Below, in pieces: positions 1 to 10,600 of a DNA stretch of 64,000 nt (position 1 is its first letter; every line of letters begins with the position of its first letter). The notes beneath the pieces were generated by a model, which did not search any database, was not told where the DNA came from, and was given only the letters and a program-made list of their open reading frames with translations. The DNA lies in the NCBI RefSeq assembly GCF_036971445.1, contig NC_091475.1:20646001-20710000 (forward strand). Direction: 5' to 3'. This stretch comes from Narcine bancroftii (Eukaryota). The translations under genes were made by a program, and so were the position numbers.

Positions 1-1208
1 GTAGTCCCTGATTTGTGTTACACGGGGAGATTCAAGAGCCGAATAGCTATTGGAAAGAAACCTAAAGGTACTCGTCCAAGACTGACCTTTTCATTTATAT
101 ATTGGCCCCTCAGCTTGATTTCCAATAATTTGCACACCATTGCTTGTGAGGCATGTGGTCCTATCTTGGCCACGTGGGTGAAGGCATACAAGGGTATTAC
201 AATAATCACCTTCCGATTTCCTGGATCCATGCCTGTTGGATCACGATGGATAAAAACACTGTCAGGTCCTCTCTTATATCCTCCTGGGGATTACTTAGAC
301 AGGCCTGGTACCTTACCTACTTATAAAATGGAGCTGCTCCTGGCAGATCTTTTACATACATGCATCACAATCATTTCTCACCCTGCTCTTTCATTTTATT
401 GGACGGCCCGCTGTAAATAAGTGCGGAAAACACAACAACTGCGGGTGTTGCAATCTTGAGTGAACCAAGAGAAGCTGGAGAGGCTCAATGGATCAGGCAG
501 CGTCCATGGAGAAAAATGGCCTGCCAACATTTCAGTCTCAAAGCAGGTCATCTGCAATTCCCAACCCATGGATGTGGTTGTACCCTTCTTCCACAGTCCA
601 GAGAAATAATGGATGGCCAACAACTGCCTATCTCAACCTTGTGGATGAATAAATAAGGCAGAATCACAACGGTGACTACTCTTCTGGAATAGTATTTCCT
701 CAGCATTGCTTGTGAGTGTGGAGATCACAGAAATGCAAGTCTGTCTTTGGAGTTATGGTCGTTCAGCTCAGAGCAGGCCCTTCAGCCCAACTCATTTGTG
801 ATGACAAGTTGACAATCTGGGCTAGTTCAATTTGCCTGCATTTTATCCATATCCTTCTCCTCAAAGTCAGGTTCAACTTCAGCCAATGATGCTCAGTCCT
901 TAGTGAAACAATACACTGTTGACTGTATATGCTGTACAGTTTATTCAAATGAACTCTTTTATGGGCTCAACGGCTGAATGCTTCTTTTGAGAAAACCAAC
1001 AATAATGATATACTTCCAAGTTAGGATATCGTATAACTTGTATGTGGTCGTGCTCACATAAGCTGCACGTTTTTCAGCCTAGCCTGCGTAACCACATTTT
1101 CTTTTGTGGTTAACACTTCTATGTACAATGGAGTTGTGCAGCAGTAATGGAAGAATTGACTGATTAGAGTGTGGATGTGGCGTCTTTAGAACTCATGAAG
1201 GAAAGAAG

Positions 1209-1428
1209 TGGCATAGTTAACATAGCGGTTTACACACTGCTCTTACAGTGCCAGAGTCCCAGTTCAAATCTGGTGGTGTGTGTAAGGAGTTTGTATGATC
1301 TCTTCATGTCTGCATGAGTTTCCTCCAGGTGCTCTGGTTTCCACCCACCCTTGAAAAACATATGGAGATTGCAGGTTAATTGGTGCATTTGGGTGGCCCA
1401 AAGGGCCTGCTACTGTGCTGTATGTTTA
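1209..1428 (+). mobile_element. tRNA-derived V-SINE-like element
   Basis: tRNA-like head plus the conserved core gtaaggagtttgta...tctgcatgagtttcctccaggtgctctggtttcc; more than 10 related copies in the window. Confidence 0.75.
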
Positions 1429-1544
1429 CATTATATTCGACAATCTTGACATAATGGCTTTTGAGTAATGAAGACACCTAGTTTCCGATAGCTCTTTTAG
1501 CCAAAGTAGATATGCAGCTAGCCTTGTTGACTTTCACAGACAAT

Positions 1545-2340
1545 AGCTTCTCACTTGGCAGGAAGGCACAACAGTGAATGCACATCCTAAGAAGACTGAA
1601 GCAGGCAAGGCTATTGGCCACCATCACATCAACCTTCTACAAAAGCTCCATTGAGAACGTCCTGGCTGGCAGCATCACAGAGTGGTACAGATGCTGCAGA
1701 GAAATGGATCGGACAAACCACAAGACCTTAAGAGTGGCAAAGAGGATCATAGGCGTCTCCCTCCCCCCTTCGACGTGATCGACTGAATCGTTGACTGAAG
1801 AGTGTGCAAAATCTTTGAGGACCCTTGCCACCCTGCAAAAATTTCAGCTCCTCCTGTTGGGAAAGAAACATAGGAGTACCAAAACTAGCACCATCTGGCT
1901 GAGAAACAGCTTCTTCTCATGGGCGTAAAACATGAATGTCTGCAGACACCATGGTTGAAGGAAAAGCACAATGCTGGAGAAACTTAAGTGTAAAGATACA
2001 TAACCAATGTTTCCCACTTGAGCCCTTCATCAAGCATACCTTGCTCTTTAAAGTACTCTGTAAGACCTGGTGAGTTTCTTCAGCATTGTGTTTTTATTTC
2101 TTCCCACAGGTGGTGAAAATGCAGAAAGACCAAAGGAACTGCTCATACTAACCATCTGAGTCTGTATATTTATGAAATGATGTTTATTTATATACAGTAT
2201 ATGAATAACTGTCCTGCATATGTATTGTTTGACTGTATGTGTGTTATATCTGGTTGTGTGTCATCGTGTTTTGCACCAAGGACCAGAGAAAGCAGTTTTG
2301 CCAGGTTGTACATGTGCAATCAGATGACAGTAAACTTGAC
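1545..2340 (+). mobile_element. Rex1/Babar-like LINE 3' fragment interrupted by a Penelope-derived foldback (about 1925-2097)
   Basis: Degenerate C-terminal ORF HILRRLKQARL...FYKSSIENVLAGSITEWY. The host sequence resumes at about 2098 with the 3' UTR gaccaaaggaactgctca seen in other copies (19066-19620, 23380-23700, 57890-58350). Confidence 0.7.
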
Positions 2341-2912
2341 TTTCAATCATTGGAGACCCCCCCTCCACCCCCCACCCCAGGGTGTAGATTGTCAGAGAAG
2401 TGATGAGAGCAATGCCATCGAATCCTTAGGATGGCTGGTGTCAATTAAGGATGAATATTGCCAGTGACGCCCACACACCCCTTAAGTAATAAAAAATCTT
2501 TGCAATTGATTTATGCTAAAATCAAGATTGTTCTTCAGATCCTCCATTCAGATATGAGGAATGATTTTTATCTCCCGATAACCTGCTGTGATAACCATCT
2601 GGCATACATTATAAAGCTTATAATGGGAAGAAAGATGAGTGCGCAGTTTCAGGAAGGCATCATCAGGAGTTTTAAGATGAACGATTTTAACTACGATGAT
2701 TAGTAGACCTCTTTACTCTGTTCTGTGCAGCGATCAATAAGTCCCTCCGTTAGAGAACGCTTCAATTTTCTGCTACCCCACACCAAATGAGCCGAGTTAG
2801 GCTGGAATCTGACAACTGAGGATACTGAAGTGAAACAGAGCTGAGGGTGGACACTCAACAGAGATGATCGGCCATTATTCATGTCCCTGTGCGGACTGAT
2901 GAACTTCGAGAG

Positions 2913-3592
2913 CAGAGGTGTCAAACTCAAATTCACAGAGGACCAAAATTAAAAACTTGGACGAAGTCGTGGGCCAAACGAAATTTTTACTGAAAATTTT
3001 CAACAACATCTGCATGTTTTCTCTTCTTTCAACATATGTAATGTTAAACCTTTTCTGATTAAAATAAATGTTTAATAATAGTTTTGGTTAAACTCTTTCC
3101 AGAAGAAGCATTAACAAATGAGAAATAAAATATTCAATAAATAATATTTCTCTATAGCCTTTAAGCTCCTTTTAAATGTATTTTTTTTCACAAGCCAACA
3201 AGTCAACAAAATAACAACTTGCTTCAATGACAAACAGGTTTGTCTTTTAAAATGATGAACATATAGTCTGCCTCCCACCTGTCTTGAAAGGTCCTGTTTT
3301 CTGTCTTTCGTTTGGCCATTTTTCGTAAGGGGTTTATTACATGTGAGTTAGGCGACAGGCCGCAGATCCTAATGAAAGTAAAGAGAGGAGGTGGGGACGA
3401 TTAGCGGGTTGACGGGCCGGCGCCAACGCATTTGCAAAGCATTCTGGGATTTGTAGTATTAGCTGTGCATGCGCTATACTGGCACGGCGGCCAGCGGGCC
3501 AGCTCTAATACATATTTGATATGATCTTGCAGGCCAAATATAATTATATCACAGTCCCAATTTGGCCCGCGGGCCTGAGTTTGACATGTGTG
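2913..3592. mobile_element. Non-autonomous hAT (Charlie-like) DNA transposon
   Basis: TIRs CAGAGGTGTCAAACTC / GAGTTTGACATGTGTG (13/16 match); 8-bp TSD TTCGAGAG / TTCTAGAG resembling the NTCTAGAN Charlie target. Confidence 0.85.
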
Positions 3593-3934
3593 TTCTAGAG
3601 GCTATGGGAGCTTGGTGATGCGGGATACAACTGGGAGGTAAAAATATTGGGGTCGGCTCAAGGGGCAAAATTTGCTACCTATTTCTTGGATTCTCTAAAT
3701 GTGTAGTTAGGTGCTTTTATTTATTTTATGTTACCTTTGGCCCATCCTGTATGCTAATTCTCAGAAAACATCCATGTATTTAAGGCAGAAAATGATAGGT
3801 TCTTGATTAGCCAGGGCATCAAAGGCCTGGCAGTGGGTTGAGAGGGAGAATTGATCAGCTCAGGTTAGAGTGGTAGGGCAGACTCGATGGGCTGAAAAGC
3901 CTATTTCTGATCCTACGTCTTATGGTCTTTCTTT

Positions 3935-4369
3935 CCATATATACTCATGTAAAAGTTGATACAATGTAAAATCGACCCTCCTACTTTTGGCCCCAAAATC
4001 TGGTATTTTCCACATATCCTGAGTAAAAGTCAACCCTCGTCTCTCACCTTGGTCCCGACCGCCCACAGCCGGAGCTCCTAATGTCTCAAGTGCGCAATTC
4101 CTGCCTAGTGCGCCACCCGCCCATCAGAGCTCGTGACACCCTAAATGCGGACTTACAACTCGATCCCGGCCGCGCACCCATCAGAAATCCTGATGCCCCA
4201 AACACGGACATGCCACCCAGCCACGGCCACCCGCTCATTGGAGCTCCCACCACCTATGATGAAGCAAATACTTACCACAGTAAAAAGTAGTAGCCATGTA
4301 ATAGTCAATCACATTAAGTTAACATTAAAAGATGGTCTATAAAATTCGACTTTTACGCAAGTATATATA
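3935..4369. mobile_element. Non-autonomous Tc1/mariner-superfamily (Tc2/pogo-like) element
   Basis: Inverted ends (cca)tatatactcatgtaaaagttga / tcgacttttacgcaagtatata around a GC-rich interior. Confidence 0.65.
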
Positions 4370-4645
4370 TTTCTCTTTAAGCATTCTGTTGAAATGTCAT
4401 TGATAGGAAACAATAACTTGTTTCTTTCTCCACAGGTGCTTGCTGAGATGCATCCTGTAGAATGATAATCATACAGTAGTGAAACAGGCCATTCAGCCCA
4501 CTATGGCCATTGTATTTGTCCATACAAATTCCATGTGTTTGGACCTGGACCATATGTCTCAATAATCATAATAATAATAATAATGTTTATTGTCATATAT
4601 ATTGTACAATGTACAAATGCACTGACATTCCTACTTTCTGCACCA

Positions 4646-5255
4646 TGTGTAAAAAGTAGGGATAGATAATGAACCACATAGTGTTTAATTTTAAAACACT
4701 AATTTTATTTCTTACTCAAACTCTAGTCTTAACTCTTAAGTTATCTTTAACACTAAATCTATCTCCAACTATGCATGTGTGTGTGTGTGTGTGAGCACAT
4801 GTGATCTACCCAGACTATTATAGTCCAGGCCAAAATCTAGAAAGTCACTTCAAAGTTCAGTCTTTCAAATTCAGTGTTGAAACATAGGCCTTTGAAATTT
4901 GATGCCCAGAATTAATGTTGGATTGATGGGAAGACTGGAGTTGTGGCTGCTACGGACTCATGAATTCTCCTTGTATTGCCTTTGAAGAAATTACCATCCA
5001 CATAAGAGGTGGTCATAACACCCCTGGTCCTTTTGTAGGCAAGACTCGAACTGGGTGGCCTCACAAAGCTGCCAAGACTCTGGCACCGGTCCCTCCAAGT
5101 GACCTCCACTGTTAGTCACAATCAAAATGAAGCACTTTGCTTTCAAAAGACCCTCCTGGCATAGGTCATCCACTGAAAAGTCCCTGCCATTCACAGAGCA
5201 GGCTTTGTTCTGAATTCCACCAAAATGTCTGGCCACAAGAGCTGCTTCAAAACAA
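4646..5255 (-). mobile_element. Probable solo-LTR-like fragment
   Basis: Shares blocks with 6318-7135 (ttttattt...cttaactct...tatagtc...aaattcagt) and with the reverse complement of 15190-16035. Confidence 0.45.
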
Positions 5256-6270
5256 TGTTTCTTTTCTTCTTCTTCTACTTCTTCTTTTTATTCCCCCTCC
5301 TTTCCCCCTCCCCATAAAAAAAGCAGAAAGAAAAAGAAAAGGAAGAAAAAAGAAAAAAAACAGAATTTATTTATCATTCACTATTCGTATATTCCTAACA
5401 TATTCTATTCTGTACATATTAATTGGGAGGTGTGGGTGTCATGGACAATGTGGGTTGACTTTTACTGTGGTTTCCAAATCATATAAAAATTTTCAGGTTG
5501 ATTCTTTAAATTATAAGTAATCTTTTCCAATGGTAGACAATTTTGAATTTCCGTACGCCATCTATCTAACCTTATAAAATTATCTGACTTCCATGTTATT
5601 GCCATACATGTATCAGACTGAACATAAGATTAGTTTATTCACAGATGATGTGTTAGTATATTTAACTCAACCACAATTATTATTACCTAGACTTTATAAG
5701 CAGTTGATAGAATATCGAAAAGTTCCAGGATATAAAATAAATTGGGACAAAAGTGAGGTATTGGAATTGGTACAGGGGGATTATTCACAATGTCAAAAAG
5801 ACATTTAATTAAGATGGACTGATAAGATTAAATATTTAGATATACATACTGATAATAATTTAAAAAAATTATATAAATTAAACTATATTCCATTATTTAA
5901 GAAAATAGACAAAGATTTTAAAAAGTGGGTAAATGTACCTATTACTTTAATTGGAAGAGTCAATTGTATTAAAATGAATATTTTTCTGAGAATTCAATAT
6001 TTATTTCAGACTACTCATTTCCATACCTCAAATTTTTTTTTCAGATAGAAACTTCTTTGGAAATGGAAAATAGTCAGAAAATCATTAGAAAAATTATCAT
6101 GGAAATACGAATTAGGAGGATTATAGATTCCTAATTTTACAAATTACTATAATGAAGCACAATAAAGATTTCTTGTTTCCTTATTTGGGAAAATTAAACC
6201 ATCGTGGGTGGAAATTGAATTAAATAAGATCTGAGAAACTATACCTGAAGAATTTATTTATTAATGGGAA
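5256..6270. mobile_element. L1-clade LINE, 5'-inverted copy
   Basis: 5609-6270 (+) encodes RT motifs HKISLFTDDVLVYL...GYKINWDKSE. About 5256-5608 (-) encodes an L1 ORF2 C-terminus (ITWKSD...LPLEKITY...IWKP) and an A/T-rich 3' UTR. Confidence 0.75.
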
Positions 6271-6317
6271 CCCTGCCCCTTCCTATGCGTGCATTAAACA
6301 CATACCATTTGATGCCT

Positions 6318-7135
6318 GTTACGTCATAGACCAGCAACAATAGAAATTCACCAAGACAATAGTATCTCAAAACAATATACTTTTATTTATAACTATTAAT
6401 AATATAATATCGCACTTAACTCTAAACTTAACCCCATCTATGTATATATGCATGTACGGATGACCCAAACCTTTATAGTCTTGACACAATTCTGAATAGT
6501 TAAATTTAAAATTCAGTCTTATTATATTAGAAGTTTTTAAAAAAATGCTGCTCAGAAGTGATTATGAAGTAGTTGAAACACAGAGTCATCAGACTTCTCA
6601 AAATCCGTGAATTCTTGTTGATTTGCTTTCAGAGAAATGTTTCTTCATACAATGATGTGACACAACTTTCCCCTTTCTTGCATAGGGGTTACAAAGCCTG
6701 TAACCTCCAAGAGGCAAGGGTTTAGACAAAATAACCATCAAAATGATCATGAGCCAGATGAACGAATGATCTTTATTTCCTTTACCCAGATATGGGTCAG
6801 TCACAAGTGACCATTACAATGGCTGAAGCACAATCCTCCTGGCAAGGAGAACACAACAGCAGTGTGTATCCATAGAATGTCATTGCATTTCTGTCTTCAG
6901 ATTAATCTGGTTGATGATACTCAAGTTGCTTTTTGAAATGTCTTCAATCACATGACTTGCTTGAGCAATACTGTTTTAGTTCCATTTTTTTCCAAAAGCA
7001 TGAGTCTTTATGGCAAATGGCCTCTTGCATGACTTGATGTCTTTCTCTTTACTCAGCTGTCCTTCTTAGCAAACATTTATTATTTCAGGCTTTCAATGGC
7101 AAAGAGTAATGCTAGTTTTATGACCCTGAACGTTA
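6318..7135 (-). mobile_element. Solo LTR-like element
   Basis: Begins TGTTA...; cagcaacaatagaaattcaccaagacaat is the reverse complement of the 3' end of the 15190-16035 copy. Confidence 0.6.
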
Positions 7136-7326
7136 AGTGTCTTTGCATCTGGGTTTCAAAATATGTGTGTCATTCCCGTTTCCAAACCCCTCCCCCCCCT
7201 CCACAGTAACTTTCTGAAATATGTAAAAATACAGATTTAAAAAAATGTCTGCAGCAATACTCCAGAAAATAGACACCACACTTGCATCCTGCCTACTGCC
7301 ATGTAGTACATGTGAGTGTTGCACCT

Positions 7327-7445
7327 TTAGCAATTCTGCCATGCTCTTGCAAAATTACTTTCACTTGGTTTTCTTCGAACATTTGTGGAACTTTGTGGTT
7401 TACACACAGAACTATAAAAAGGGTGCAAGCAGCCTGTGCCATTAG
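7327..7445 (+). promoter_or_regulatory. Gene A proximal promoter (TATA box, RUNX- and C/EBP-like motifs)
   Basis: TATAAAA 7413-7419, about 80 nt before the ATG; TGTGGTT (RUNX consensus) 7394-7400; TTGCAAAA (C/EBP-like) 7347-7354. Motif matches only. Confidence 0.6.
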
Positions 7446-7495
7446 CAGTTGATCGAACTTGCTTGTTATTCTCAGTCGCCAAATAAAATCAGAAA

Positions 7496-7673
7496 ATGTT
7501 GAAAATTGTCAGCAGGTCAGTACACACCTGTGGGAAGAGAACCACCTCAAGACTCTTCATTCTCGGTATCTTGCTGGTGCTCACAAGTGCCAAGGTTTAT
7601 GAGAGATGTGAGCTGGCGAGAACCTTAAAGAATTTTGGCATGGATGGATATTTTAATTACAGCCTGGCAAATT
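7496..7673 (+). CDS. lyz: Gene A exon 1 (extended leader/signal peptide + mature residues 1-27)
   Basis: ATG at 7496 in context gaaaATG; [13 protein letters not shown] motif; donor T|gtgagt at 7674. Confidence 0.93.
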
Positions 7674-10600
7674 GTGAGTATCTGCATCTATGGCAGTGGT
7701 AGTAAAAGAATCTGAGAACACTCTGGTTTATCATTGATTTCATGGCTTTTCCTCGCCGTATTGTTTATATTTTCATATTGAATCAGAATTCTACCGCATG
7801 GAAACAGGTCATTTGGTCCCAATTGTCCCTGCTGACCCAAGCTAGTCACATTTGCCTGCATTTGGCTTATGTGCCTTCAAAGCAGTGGTTTTCAAACTTT
7901 TTCTTTCCACTTACATAGCAACTTAAGTAATCTCTATGCATTAGGTGCACAGTGATTAGTAAGGGGTGACTTAAAATGGGATGTGCTTGGGGAAAAAAGG
8001 TTGAGAACCACTGCTCTACACTCAATTGTTACTGAAATATTTTGTTTCAGAAAAATTGTTATTGTCCTATTTCCTTTGGAGTTATGAAACCGTATACATA
8101 ACATAATTTAGGTACGATTAAAACAGTGTTTTTCAAGTGTTTTCTTTCCGCTCACATTCCACCTTAAGCAATCCTTTACAGAACACCTATGGCATAGGGA
8201 TTACTTAAGGTGGTATGTGAGCAGAAAGAAAACATTTGAAAACCACTGTTTTAATCACAACTAATTGACTTGTTATGTGCACGGTTTCGCAACTCAAAAG
8301 AAATGAACCAAAAATGACTATTTTTCTCAAGCAAAGTATTTCACTGACAATTGGGTCTAGAGCAGGGGTTCCCAATCTGGGGTACATGTATCCCCAGTGG
8401 TACATTTGCACTTTTCAGAGGGTACATTGGGTCTGAGAGAATAACCACTACTGTACAATACATGGTGTTGTAATCTGCAGTCAGACTGCACAATGTCGTG
8501 TTTTTTTATCCTTAATTTTTAGGGGTACATGGGAACCTATAAAAATGCCAAGGGGTACAGAGGAACAAAAAGGTTGGGAACCCTTGGTCTAGAGCAATGG
8601 TTTTCAACTTTTTTCCTCACTCACATACCAACCTTCAGTAATCCCTTACTAATCACAGTGTACCATAGCACAAGGTGGTATGTGACTGGAAAGAAAAAGT
8701 TTGAAGCCAATGTTTTAGAGTCCCCTTCCTGGACAATTAAGGAGAGCATGATTATTATCGCTCTTTATCATGATTTTATAAACCTCCATAAGATCCCTGT
8801 TAGCCTCCTATTCTCCAAGCCTATCCAGCCTCTAGTTCCAATTCACACCTACATTCTTGGGAATCTTTTCTGCACCTTTTCCAACTTAATGATATCGTTT
8901 CAATAATTGGGTGACCAGAATTGCACACAATACTTATACAGTTGCAACGTTACTTCCCTGTTTCTGTATTCAGTGCCCTGACCCACAAAGCCAGGTGTGC
9001 CAAATGCCTTTTTCACTCTCCTCTTTCCTTGTGTAAGCACCTATAAAGAACAGAGAAGGAGACTGTTTGGTCTGTTGAATTAATAATGGCTCTTAGAGCA
9101 TTCCCTTGTTCCCCATTTCCTCATTTATTCACCTGCAACCCATTTTCCTCACATGTATATCAGTCAGAGTGTTGAGTATAAAAATCAGCAAGTCACATTG
9201 CAGCTGCATTAAACTTACACAAATTCAGATTTGCGTACAATCCATACTCTGCATTACAGAGAGGCTTTAAAGAGGACACCGAATTGAGATACCAGGATGC
9301 AGGTTGGATTAGAGAATATTAGCCACACGGAGAGGCTAGATAAACTTGGGTTGTTTCCTCTGCAACGTTGGAGGCTGAGGAACAACCTGATGGTAGTATA
9401 TAAAATTATGAGAGGTGTTGATGGAGAGAGTCTCTTTCAAATACTTTACGATTTTGTTCAGAGCATCAGAGGTTATGAAAAAAAGGCTGGGCAGTGGGGT
9501 TGAGTAGGGAAAATGGATCAGCTCATGATTAAATGGTGGGGCAGACTCGATGGGCTGAATAGCCTCTTCCTTACTGCTCCTATGTCTTAAATACAGAGGG
9601 TACTGCGTTGAGGTGAGACAAGGTAAGTTTAAAGATTTATGAGACGATTTTTGTTTTGTAACAGAGAGCGGTGAGTTTCTGGAATGTGCTACCTGGGAGG
9701 TGGTGGATATGATAGCAATGTTTAAAGGGCATTTAGACAGACAAATGAACATGCAGAGACTGGAGGGATAGAGACCGTGTGCAGCAAAATCGGTGTCACA
9801 TTCATATTGTTCCTGTGCTGTACTCTTCTACGTCCCATATTCCAATGTTGCCTGGATATCCCCCTTCATTAAATGCTGCTTTTAATATCATGTGTGATTG
9901 CAAATGAACAGATAGGAGTTAAACAGTTTTATTGCTCTTATTGTAGGGGTCTGCATGGCTCACGCTGAAAGCAGTTACAACACATCTGCAATTAATCATA
10001 ACATGGCACATCATAAAATTTGGTCGACGGACTATGGCATTTTTCAAATCAACAGCAAATGGTGGTGCAAGGACCAGAAGACCAAAGGCAGTAAAAACAT
10101 ATGTATGCTTAATTGTATTGGTAAGTAAAGTAACAGAGTTTGTCATCATTTCTCTTATCAACATGTGTTTCAATACAGATAATCTCTAATATTACTCTCA
10201 GGCATTCTTCCTACCTTCCAGTTATCATTTCGCCCATACCTTGGCGAAGGGCTCAGGCACAAAATATTGGTTATCTATCTTTGCCTCCCGTGGATGCTGC
10301 GGGACCTGCTGAGTTTCGCAGGCATTTTTGTGTCCCAGATGTAAGTTGGGTGGGACCAGAAAAGTGCACACAAGAGAGAGTCAAGATAGGTGGAAATAAC
10401 TTCAGTGGGCAAAGAGCAGGTGGAAGCAATGGTCCTGCGAGGACAGTGTGGATCTCAGATAAGAGATGGAATGGGCAGGGGGAGAAGCACAGGTTCACAG
10501 TCAAGAAATAATAGGTGAATAACAGAGGGAGGGAGGGCATGAGAGAAAACAGTGGGTCGGGGGTATAGCTCTGTGAATGGAAAGAAAAGGGGTGGAGAGC

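Noticed and set aside
13-420. 135-aa ORF in apparently unique sequence at the window start
   Set aside because: Non-ATG start, no recognisable motif and no convincing splice context. It might be regulatory DNA, but I cannot support that.
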